From the IMG/VR virus record IMGVR_UViG_2585427776_000011: a DNA stretch of 25,969 nt; one strand, given 5' to 3'. The notes under the pieces were generated by a model. That model was not told the origin of the DNA, made no database searches, and was given only the letters and a program-made list of their open reading frames with translations. This document shows positions 17,587 to 24,976 of this stretch, one piece after another. Source of the DNA: a virus. Lineage: Duplodnaviria > Heunggongvirae > Uroviricota > Caudoviricetes. The position numbers were made by a program, and so were the translations under genes. The first letter of the stretch is position 1, and each line of letters opens with the position of its first letter.

Positions 17587-20319
17587 CTATCGTGTTCGAT
17601 GCAATAAACTGATTTTTTTGCGAGCATGTTTAGTGGTTTCACTGATTCTCTGTGCGTGCTCTGCGTCGCGGATGGCGCGCAGCATGTCAGAAAGTACGGT
17701 AACGGGTGTTTTCATGGTGTTCTGGTCTTGCTGAAGTGTGGATGCCAGGCGTGCGGCGGCTTCAGGGTCTGATGCCTCTAGTTGTTCCAGATAGCTGGCG
17801 ACCGGGTTATGGCGGATCTCCGTGCTGCTTACGCCGTGATTACGACTCAGGCGTTGCCAGAGCTGCGTGATTCGGCTGTCCGGGCGGGTATCCTGTTTGC
17901 GTACAATTTCAAATCCCTGCGGTGCAATGATGCTGCCGCCAACGTACAGACTGCCGCCCCGTAACAGGTGCTGCATCTGCTGTTCACCGATATGCAGGCC
18001 GAGAGATTCAGCAGACTCCCGCCATTCTTTAGCGAGTAACTCGTGGTTATCAGGCAAAGGCTGTGGCTGTTTGCGGCTCTGTGTCCAGTTCTGCATTTCA
18101 TCACTGCTGTTTTTTGCCTGTTTGTCACGCAGCGAACGCATCAGTGCCCGGCGTTCGTGCCGTTTCAGTGAGCGCATCCATTCATTCACGTCAACGCCTT
18201 CAGGAAGCCGCGGCCACGGTGCTGGCCGTTCTTCCGGCTGTTCTGTCCCGTTGTTGTCCGTTTCCTGTACACGGGGACAGTTATTGCCACGAGTCCAAGG
18301 GGCGGCAGGGCCGCCCTGAAGGTCAAAACCATTTTCGCGGGCGCTGTCTTCCGTTTCCGGTTTACGTCTTACCAGTTTCCAGTTATCCGGATGCGTGCAC
18401 ACACGGGAGGATTCCCCGATGAGTGGTGACCAGATCCCGTAAATCTGTACGCTCTGTTCGCCGTAATCATTCAGCTCATCTGCGAGGTCGTAGGCGGTGC
18501 GAATCAGGTAGTCTTTGCGTGGAACAAGTACGCCGCCCTGTTTTTCAATGTAGGTGGCAAAACACCCGGCATCGGCGGCAGCGAGTACCGCATCCATTGC
18601 GTCATCTTTCAGTCGTTGCGGGCCTTCCGGGTTGCGTGCCATCTGGCTGGCAAGGCGGCGCAGTTCACGCCACACCTGACGGGAGGGGATGCCAAAGAAC
18701 TGGAACTGGCGGACCCGATGAAGGCGCGCCCAGCCGATGGCGCGCTCCACACTCTCGGCCATTGATTTTCCGGTTTCGTGGTCAACGCGTGGCTTGCCCG
18801 TTTTCGGGTCGATGCCATCCACGGCGCGGCTGTCCAGGTTCTTTCCGATGTAGGTCGCGATATAGCTGGTTGGTGTGCCTTTTGAGCCGTCGACATACTC
18901 CGCCTTAAAGCGCGGAGTAATATCATTGCCCAGCTCGTGGCGGTCTTCCTGAATGGCAATATCGCGGGTGATGGCCACGATGCTGTCGATTTCTTCCGGA
19001 TGAGCAAAGACCATCATATGCCAGTGCACGGTGCCGTCATGGTGAGGCTCCACCGTGCGGATGCCATACCAGCGAAGACCGTCGCGGTTCAGTTTTTTGC
19101 GGACCGCCGCAAAAAACGTGTTAACCAGGTAATCGCTGGAGTCGCGCATGGTGGCCCCGTTCCATTTGGGATTCGGATGACCGTTCTCTGTTGTGGCGTG
19201 GTATTTTGACGGGCAGGTGACAGTCAGAAACACCGCTTTGTCGCCACGGGCTTCGGCCAGAAGTTCCAGCCCCTTCATGGTGGCCATCATTTCTGCCTTA
19301 CGGTGAACCGGGTTACTTACTCCCGCGTAATACACTGTCTCGAGATCAATCGTGAACCCGTCTTCGTTTTCCAGCATGAAACTTTTCAGGAAATCGCGTG
19401 TTTTCTCGCGCTGTGCGCGAAACTCGCTTAACGCGTCCTGGCTCAGATAGGGCGATGTTTTTCTGGAAACCAGACAGGCGGCGCGGAGTTGTTCTTCCCG
19501 CCACTCGCAACGTAACAGCCACAGTTTGCGTTTCCACCATTCCGCACAGGTCAGGCGAAGGATTGCGCCCGGTAACAGTTCCGTATCCGGATCGCTCTTG
19601 TTCAGAGCTTCGTAATGTGGCGGCATGGTGTGCAGATGTAACGCCATGCGGGCCAGCATCTGATATGCCTTCAGCGTCACCTCCATGGTCAGCTCGCCAT
19701 CTCTGGCACCAAGGCCATCACAGAGTGTTTCGAATGTGCTGCTGAACATCGCCGCCGTCATGGTGGCCAGCGTCTGTATCTGTTGCTTGTTAAGCTGCGG
19801 CAGGTAAAGCAAATCGTCCAGGCGTTCGCGTCCGGCAAGGGCGCGATAACCCGGTGTCAGCCAGCGGCTGTCGGTGTGGTCCAGACGTTCGAATATTTTG
19901 CGCAGGCTTCCGCGCGCGTAGCGTTCTGCCTGCCAGCTCTTTTTGCCTTTCCGGCGATCGGCTTCCTGTTTTTTGCGCAGGAAGGAGAGGTGGCGAATAA
20001 GCGGATCGCGCAGATAGGACGGCAGCAGGCGCAGCGAGGCCATGGCTTCATCCACCGCGCCGCGTGCCTGTTTTCTGGCGTCTCCTGCCAGTGCGATGGT
20101 TTTGTCCTGTTTTTCCTGTGCGTCCAGGCTTTTATTAATCAGGTTGCCCAGCGGCGTGGCGGAGAACGCCGCATCAGCCATTTCCTGGCGGCGCTCGTTC
20201 TCTACCCGGTAGGCATCCAGCCAGGAGGAGAGCGTGGATTCAGGAGCGGGGATCCCCGTTCCTTCACGCCCCACTGCGTGGCGCGGTTGTTGCCAGTCCC
20301 TGATGTACTCTGCCGTCAT
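17587..20319 (-). CDS. A: P2 gpA-like rolling-circle replication initiator (HUH endonuclease)
   Basis: 910-aa ORF with HUH motif HHDGTVHWHMMVF and tyrosine motif SYIATYIGK typical of P2 A / phiX174 A-type initiators. Confidence 0.93.
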   Translation of the reverse strand: MTAEYIRDWQQPRHAVGREGTGIPAPESTLSSWLDAYRVENERRQEMADAAFSATPLGNLINKSLDAQEKQDKTIALAGDARKQARGAVDEAMASLRLLPSYLRDPLIRHLSFLRKKQEADRRKGKKSWQAERYARGSLRKIFERLDHTDSRWLTPGYRALAGRERLDDLLYLPQLNKQQIQTLATMTAAMFSSTFETLCDGLGARDGELTMEVTLKAYQMLARMALHLHTMPPHYEALNKSDPDTELLPGAILRLTCAEWWKRKLWLLRCEWREEQLRAACLVSRKTSPYLSQDALSEFRAQREKTRDFLKSFMLENEDGFTIDLETVYYAGVSNPVHRKAEMMATMKGLELLAEARGDKAVFLTVTCPSKYHATTENGHPNPKWNGATMRDSSDYLVNTFFAAVRKKLNRDGLRWYGIRTVEPHHDGTVHWHMMVFAHPEEIDSIVAITRDIAIQEDRHELGNDITPRFKAEYVDGSKGTPTSYIATYIGKNLDSRAVDGIDPKTGKPRVDHETGKSMAESVERAIGWARLHRVRQFQFFGIPSRQVWRELRRLASQMARNPEGPQRLKDDAMDAVLAAADAGCFATYIEKQGGVLVPRKDYLIRTAYDLADELNDYGEQSVQIYGIWSPLIGESSRVCTHPDNWKLVRRKPETEDSARENGFDLQGGPAAPWTRGNNCPRVQETDNNGTEQPEERPAPWPRLPEGVDVNEWMRSLKRHERRALMRSLRDKQAKNSSDEMQNWTQSRKQPQPLPDNHELLAKEWRESAESLGLHIGEQQMQHLLRGGSLYVGGSIIAPQGFEIVRKQDTRPDSRITQLWQRLSRNHGVSSTEIRHNPVASYLEQLEASDPEAAARLASTLQQDQNTMKTPVTVLSDMLRAIRDAEHAQRISETTKHARKKISLLHRTR

Positions 20320-20325
20320 AGTGAT

Positions 20326-20691
20326 TTACTTCGTCATACCATTCAGGGTGTCGCGGTAGACTGTAGCCAGCCGCTGAATTTCCAGCACGGTGTCTTCTGT
20401 GTCGGCATGGCGATGTGTGATGCGGATGCTGTCGGCAATCACATCGACGATTGCAGAGGATGGGCGCTGGTAAATGCCAATAACGGACGGGGTGCCACCT
20501 TCAATGCGGTAAAGCCTGTAATTTCCCTCGTGGCTGTCAATCATGTAGCGACCATCAATAACAATCTTTCCGTCAGCGAGCTGCGGTACAGGCAGGGATT
20601 TCTGGTACATGTCATAACGATCACGCACGCGAGCGGCAAGATCACGTTCTGTGTTGAGCAGGTATTCAAGAAAGTCGTTGGCGAGAATCAT
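20326..20691 (-). CDS. hypothetical phage protein immediately upstream of A
   Basis: 121-aa ORF with RBS AGAGG; stop 4 nt before the A start. Confidence 0.65.
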   Translation of the reverse strand: MILANDFLEYLLNTERDLAARVRDRYDMYQKSLPVPQLADGKIVIDGRYMIDSHEGNYRLYRIEGGTPSVIGIYQRPSSAIVDVIADSIRITHRHADTEDTVLEIQRLATVYRDTLNGMTK

Positions 20692-20763
20692 TGCGGCAAT
20701 CCTCTTGTTACAGATGTGCGAAGGCCTCCCGCCGCAAGGTGCAGGAAAGGCCCGGAACAGGAA

Positions 20764-20994
20764 TTAATGGAGTTTGTTTTGCTGCTGGATGAGCTGTTGA
20801 AGCTCGTGCAGATCATCCGCCAGATAGCTGAAAACAGAGGCGGAATAAATGTTTGATAGTGCGTGGCTGCGCTCATGCAGCATATTGATGTGCATGATTT
20901 GCGCGACGCGTGATGCGCGGGAAAGTCTGCGGTTGATTTCAGTCTGGATGTGACGACGCTCCGCGATAGCGCGGTGTGGTTTGCGGTTTGCCAT
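20764..20994 (-). CDS. hypothetical phage protein
   Basis: 76-aa ORF with RBS AAGGGG 7 nt before ATG 20994. Confidence 0.6.
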   Translation of the reverse strand: MANRKPHRAIAERRHIQTEINRRLSRASRVAQIMHINMLHERSHALSNIYSASVFSYLADDLHELQQLIQQQNKLH

Positions 20995-21171
20995 GGTGTG
21001 GCCCCTTGTGTAGTAAGTTGTGAAAACTCACCATCCAGAGCTGCGAAACTGTGGGTGGCGAGACGTACGAGGTTCGCAGTACCGGCTACACAAGAACCCG
21101 GCCCGACCGAAGTCGGCCCCGTACGCCCCGCCATAATTCTGACGCGAAAAAAACGTGGCAATACAGTACGC

Positions 21172-21196
21172 ACAAAAAAACCGCTGGCGCGGTTGT
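21172..21196 (-). terminator. intrinsic terminator on minus strand inside the early operon
   Basis: On the minus strand AACCGC-gcca-GCGGTT is followed by TTTTTTTGTG. Confidence 0.5.
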
Positions 21197-21316
21197 GCGC
21201 TTGTGTAGTCAGCAGGCTGCGAAACCCGACACCCGTTTTGTGAGGTGCAGCGGAAATGTAACCTGACTGATTGCGGCATGGCAAGCGGTTTTTTTGTGTG
21301 TGCATGTTCTGGTTTC

Positions 21317-21616
21317 TTACTGGTTCAGAAAAAAATCAAAAACCTTGTCAATGCGTTGCAGCAGCTCTTGCTGTATTGCTTCCGGTGTTTCCGGTTCGCC
21401 TGGCGCCTTCAACGTCGCGCAGAAATCAGCGATTTCATGATGGAGCGTCAGGCGAATGGCAGGAGCCGTGGTACTGGCGTGCTCCAGCTCATCCAGCAGT
21501 GCCAGCACGGCAGACGGCGAGAGCATTGCGCGAAATGCCAGTAATTTTTGAGGCGTTGCCATTCGTTGCAGGGCAAATGCCAGTTCGCGTAGCTTCTGGT
21601 GGTTGATGTTGCTCAT
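21317..21616 (-). CDS. hypothetical phage protein
   Basis: 99-aa ORF; start overlaps upstream stop (ATGA), translationally coupled. Confidence 0.6.
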   Translation of the reverse strand: MSNINHQKLRELAFALQRMATPQKLLAFRAMLSPSAVLALLDELEHASTTAPAIRLTLHHEIADFCATLKAPGEPETPEAIQQELLQRIDKVFDFFLNQ

Positions 21617-21879
21617 GTTCTGGCTTCCTTCAGTAGCTGGTTAAACATGTGAGTAAGTGGATTGCTACACCCGAACGGCATCGGGTTTACGTGGTAAGAA
21701 GCTTGGCCTCCTGTTTTGCGAGCGCGACCACCTGTGCTGCGGTTTGTTCTGATGACTAAGCCGCCACGCCAAAGTCGGCGTAACTCAGCATTAATGGCTG
21801 TGGTTGGAGTATTCAGTGCTGCGGCGATTTCTCCGCCGCTACAACCCTGATGGGTAGCGATGTAGTCCAGAATGGTCAT
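21613..21879 (-). CDS. hypothetical phage protein, possible DNA-binding
   Basis: 88-aa ORF with RBS AGGAG; ATGA coupling with both neighbours; DNA-binding is a guess from basic residues. Confidence 0.6.
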   Translation of the reverse strand: MTILDYIATHQGCSGGEIAAALNTPTTAINAELRRLWRGGLVIRTNRSTGGRARKTGGQASYHVNPMPFGCSNPLTHMFNQLLKEART

Positions 21880-22079
21880 CTGCGTGGCTCCTGTACCTGT
21901 CGGATAAGATTCACCCGCGCCACGTTGGTGGCGCAGAAGTAAGTGCCGTCAGTGAGGTAGATGTGGTGTGCATCCTTTTCCGAACGGTGTTTGTCGATTG
22001 TGGTAATCAGGCGTTCGTCGACTTCGTATTCACGCCCTCTGGAGGTAAAACGAACGACAGGAAAATGCTTAATTGCCAT
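21876..22079 (-). CDS. hypothetical phage protein
   Basis: 67-aa ORF with RBS AAGGAGG upstream of ATG 22079. Confidence 0.55.
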   Translation of the reverse strand: MAIKHFPVVRFTSRGREYEVDERLITTIDKHRSEKDAHHIYLTDGTYFCATNVARVNLIRQVQEPRR

Positions 22080-22165
22080 TACGCCTCCTTGGCGTGTGCG
22101 AATACCTCCGCTAATGCGGATTGTTTTTACATTTTCTTATTTAATCTGTGGTTTTATTTGCTCTG

Positions 22166-22279
22166 TTATTCGCCAGTGAAAAAGCGTTCAATCTTTTTTA
22201 TTGAATGAATAATTCGCATAATCCCAATAGCGCAGGCCACCGAAATAATCAGAACAAGCCATGAGATAAATATACTCAT
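22166..22279 (-). CDS. 37-aa hydrophobic single-helix peptide (not in ORF track)
   Basis: Hand translation of minus strand gives MSIFISWLVLIISVACAIGIMRIIHSIKKIERFFTGE; its ATG overlaps the stop of the upstream gene (ATGA); RBS-like GGGGAA upstream. Confidence 0.35.
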   Translation of the reverse strand: MSIFISWLVLIISVACAIGIMRIIHSIKKIERFFTGE

Positions 22280-22518
22280 GCGATATTCCCCAGCTTATAC
22301 GGTTCAATATGTTCCCCGCATTCTGCGGCACAGATTAGCTCGGAAAGTTCGTTAAGTGCATCCAGATCATCAGCGTAAAAAGCCACGTCATACAGACTTC
22401 GGATTGCTCTGGTCAATGAGTCACGGGCCGCACGTTCAGCATGAGCGCCTGATGCACTTAAGCGAAAATAAAAACGCTCAAGTGCTTTGTTAATGAGAGT
22501 TTTATATTCTTTGCCCAT
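22276..22518 (-). CDS. hypothetical phage protein
   Basis: 80-aa ORF from ATG 22518 (ORF track starts one codon earlier at GTG); RBS AAGGA. Confidence 0.55.
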   Translation of the reverse strand: MGKEYKTLINKALERFYFRLSASGAHAERAARDSLTRAIRSLYDVAFYADDLDALNELSELICAAECGEHIEPYKLGNIA

Positions 22519-22529
22519 CACAACGTCCT

Positions 22530-22817
22530 TTAATCTGCTTTCTGTATTTCAGCTTCTGAATCCATACAAATAATTTCGATATAGGGTTCATCGCCATTAG
22601 CCTGGCGTGCCTTTTCAGCTTCGCTAATGATTTCTCGTACGGTCTGGTACGGAAGTTCCACAAGCAGTCGCGTGCCGTTCAGATAAACGTAAGTGGCTTC
22701 GTCGGCTCCGTTTTTACCCGCCGGAGTCACTCCGTCAATAGCGGATGCACGTAATAACAGTTCACCGCGAAAATCAATAAAACGGATAAATACACCTTGT
22801 GCATGCTCTTTGGTCAT
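22530..22817 (-). CDS. hypothetical phage protein
   Basis: Start chosen at internal ATG 22817 (MTKEHAQGVF...) with RBS AGGTG; 95 aa. Confidence 0.55.
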   Translation of the reverse strand: MTKEHAQGVFIRFIDFRGELLLRASAIDGVTPAGKNGADEATYVYLNGTRLLVELPYQTVREIISEAEKARQANGDEPYIEIICMDSEAEIQKAD

Positions 22818-22827
22818 AACGCACCTG

Positions 22828-23178
22828 TTATAAATCAGCCTGTTTAATAAAACTTTGCCCGCGAAGCAGACGATCAACCGTGCGAAGTGCTTCGTATAAT
22901 GTGAAATCCTGCCCGAACTGATTGTCGCCGCAGCTCAATGCAAAAATGCGGTTTCCGGTAAACGGATTGCGTGGGCATTTGTGGACCACAATTCCAGCTT
23001 TCTCAATCAGCCAGGTATGCTCGCCGATTTGTTTTATTGGGTAGCCATCCGGCGTTGCGTGTGTTTCGCTCAGGCTGTAGCGAGAGTTGCTACGTGATGC
23101 ACTGATAGCGAAACGGTTAGCATGGCGTTCCGCACCGTTGCGGAAGCGCTGCTGTGAATAATTGCGCTGTAGTTTCAT
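22828..23178 (-). CDS. hypothetical phage protein
   Basis: 116-aa ORF; first gene of a leftward block downstream of the 23179-23314 intergenic region. Confidence 0.5.
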   Translation of the reverse strand: MKLQRNYSQQRFRNGAERHANRFAISASRSNSRYSLSETHATPDGYPIKQIGEHTWLIEKAGIVVHKCPRNPFTGNRIFALSCGDNQFGQDFTLYEALRTVDRLLRGQSFIKQADL

Positions 23179-23314
23179 ATTAAAACTCTGTACCTTCGGT
23201 AAGGTGTACTCGTGTCACCTTGTATTGATTTGTGGTATTTTTTTGTGTGTCTAGGACTTGGACTGGCCGGTTCAGGTCCTGGCTTATGTTTAATTAAATT
23301 GTTAAGGGGTTTTC

Positions 23315-23506
23315 ATGTCAGAAGATAAAAAAGTTGTTAATTTGTTGAGTGAACTTAGTGCTGCTCTGGATAACATTAACCCTCCCAGGGTAAAAACGAC
23401 GGGTGATAAAGACGCATTAAACGCAGAGATTCATATATTACTGGCGTTAGTAACTGACAAAATTCAGCGTAAATACCCACCTGTCACACAACTGGTTGAT
23501 TTTTAA
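23315..23506 (+). CDS. hypothetical small protein (AT-rich accessory gene)
   Basis: 63-aa ORF with RBS AAGGGG; the only plus-strand gene in the early region; convergent with the next gene. Confidence 0.5.
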   Translation: MSEDKKVVNLLSELSAALDNINPPRVKTTGDKDALNAEIHILLALVTDKIQRKYPPVTQLVDF

Positions 23507-23512
23507 TTTGAT

Positions 23513-23935
23513 TTATGCCGGGCTGCTCCCGGCATCTTCTAGCTGCCATAATGTCTCGTCACCTGATAGAGCAAAACGAAATGAGTGAAGTATATCCTCC
23601 CGAGAGAAGCTCACGGCTACAGCTGCGGGAAAGTCAAATATAATCCCACCTTCATTTTTAAAACGATTACGCAATTGATAGGCTATCGGTTTGATTTGTG
23701 CAGGAAGAGTATCTATATCTCTTCCATTGACAACAGAATCTTTGTTTTCAAGTACTGATTTAGCGATTAGATATAGATGCCAGTAACTGGTTACAATTGT
23801 TACTCCTGTGATGTGTCGTAAATTAATTGCAATTCGTCCGTTATTATGTTTTTCCGCAAGGTATTTCAGGTTATCAATTAATGGTTGGTCATTTTTTGAA
23901 ATAGTTATTGTGAAATCTGGCGTGTTTGTTTTCAT
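23513..23935 (-). CDS. hypothetical protein (AT-rich accessory gene)
   Basis: Start at internal ATG 23935 (MKTNTPDF...) with GAGG RBS, 140 aa; the longer 221-aa ORF would overlap the upstream gene; visibly AT-rich. Confidence 0.55.
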   Translation of the reverse strand: MKTNTPDFTITISKNDQPLIDNLKYLAEKHNNGRIAINLRHITGVTIVTSYWHLYLIAKSVLENKDSVVNGRDIDTLPAQIKPIAYQLRNRFKNEGGIIFDFPAAVAVSFSREDILHSFRFALSGDETLWQLEDAGSSPA

Positions 23936-23939
23936 ACGA

Positions 23940-24461
23940 TTAGTTGCCTCTGTTGTTTCTGAGTTGGTCCAGTTTTGAGCTTCTGCCTGTATAAACTCGC
24001 TTACCGTTAATGGTCTGGCAGTCTTCTTTATTAGCTGGAGAGAACTTCCTTTTCTGGCGGTCATACGTCCAGTAACTTTTCCAGTTGTGCCATTCTGGGG
24101 GCTCGTGCTCTGGTAGCTCATCAGCCAACTTGTCCCACTCTTTGGCGTTAAACCACCATACTCCGTCTGAGTTTTCATCTTCCGGGTTTGTGCGCGTCTT
24201 GTGTCCCGGCATTTGACCGCGATGAATGGCTACGCGCAGTGCAGATTTTGTTAGCCCAATATATGCCGCGCCTTTTTCCAGAGAGCAAAGCCCGGCGATC
24301 GGACCATCCAGCCGTAAAGTCGCTCCTTTTTTGTAGGAACGCTTTTTCTTGTTTTCTTCGTGTTCGTCGTCGTTGGCGGCATCAATGGATCCGCTGAGTG
24401 CGTCACTTTCCTGAAGTGGTTGGTGGTCAGATAACTCTTTATCGGCAATGAAGTCCCGCAT
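23940..24461 (-). CDS. Cox/Apl-like HTH protein, first gene of the early lytic operon (unusually long)
   Basis: Strong RBS AAGAGGA before ATG 24461; segment AAYIGLTKSALRVAIHRGQMPG resembles the Cox HTH as I remember it; 173 aa with acidic N-terminal extension; divergent from C. Confidence 0.55.
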   Translation of the reverse strand: MRDFIADKELSDHQPLQESDALSGSIDAANDDEHEENKKKRSYKKGATLRLDGPIAGLCSLEKGAAYIGLTKSALRVAIHRGQMPGHKTRTNPEDENSDGVWWFNAKEWDKLADELPEHEPPEWHNWKSYWTYDRQKRKFSPANKEDCQTINGKRVYTGRSSKLDQLRNNRGN

Positions 24462-24520
24462 TTGTTATCCTCTTGCGTTGGTGCGCTTGTCGCGCCTTGT
24501 GATGGTTTGTTTTGGCTTGT

Positions 24521-24574
24521 AAAGATAACCAAAAGGTTATCTTTGTGCGAGAGGTTAATACTCAAATGGTTATC
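24521..24574. promoter_or_regulatory. operator region between Cox-like gene and C: perfect palindrome plus repeated half-site
   Basis: AAAGATAACC-aaaa-GGTTATCTTT (24521-24544) and another GGTTATCTT at 24565-24573 overlapping the C start. Confidence 0.5.
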
Positions 24575-24907
24575 TTGTCAATAGACTATGCAAAAAAGTT
24601 ACGTCAGATACGTAAGGCGGAAGGGTTAACACAAAAGCAGTTTGCGGATATTACTGGGTTGTCTTTGGCAACCATAAGGAATTACGAATCGGGGCAAAAG
24701 AACGCTAGAGCAAAAATCGTTGAGGCGGTTCTGCAAGTCGATCGCTTTGAAAAATACATGCTGTGGCTAATAAAAGATAAGACGCTACCTGTCGCCGGGC
24801 AGATTGCTCCGGCTCTCTCTCTTGATGGATCTATTCAGTCGGAGGGCGATCAGGTTTCAATCGGTATTACCCAAAAATCACCCCGATCAGGCAGCAATGT
24901 TGGCTGA
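24566..24907 (+). CDS. C: P2 C-type immunity repressor
   Basis: From ATG 24566 (RBS GAGAGG): HTH LTQKQFADITGLSLATIRNYESGQ and ...FEKYMLWL...AGQIAPAL... match the P2 C repressor pattern; the ORF-track start at 24512 is TTG. Confidence 0.88.
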   Translation: MVILSIDYAKKLRQIRKAEGLTQKQFADITGLSLATIRNYESGQKNARAKIVEAVLQVDRFEKYMLWLIKDKTLPVAGQIAPALSLDGSIQSEGDQVSIGITQKSPRSGSNVG

Positions 24908-24976
24908 CTCTACACATTGAGCGAATTACATATCGCAAGGAGTGTTTAGTTAATTTATCCGTTGGAGGGGCTAATC

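Noticed and set aside
19783-20856. 357-aa plus-strand ORF antisense to A and upstream small genes
   Set aside because: Overlaps three minus-strand genes that have RBSs and coupled starts; Cys/Ala-rich antisense artefact.
20688-21305. 205-aa minus-strand ORF spanning the noncoding gap and overlapping the 76-aa gene
   Set aside because: Low-complexity Ser/Thr/Arg-rich translation, overlaps a gene with a good RBS in another frame, and covers a region with terminator and repeat structure; most likely spurious.
21000-21316. Possible retron msr/msd ncRNA, since P2-like prophages sometimes carry retrons
   Set aside because: No reverse transcriptase gene anywhere in the window and no a1/a2 inverted-repeat architecture; kept only as a generic regulatory/ncRNA candidate.
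24251-24565. 104-aa minus-strand ORF across the C/Cox-like intergenic region
   Set aside because: Would run through the operator region and overlap the Cox-like gene in another frame; low-complexity Thr/Lys-rich product.
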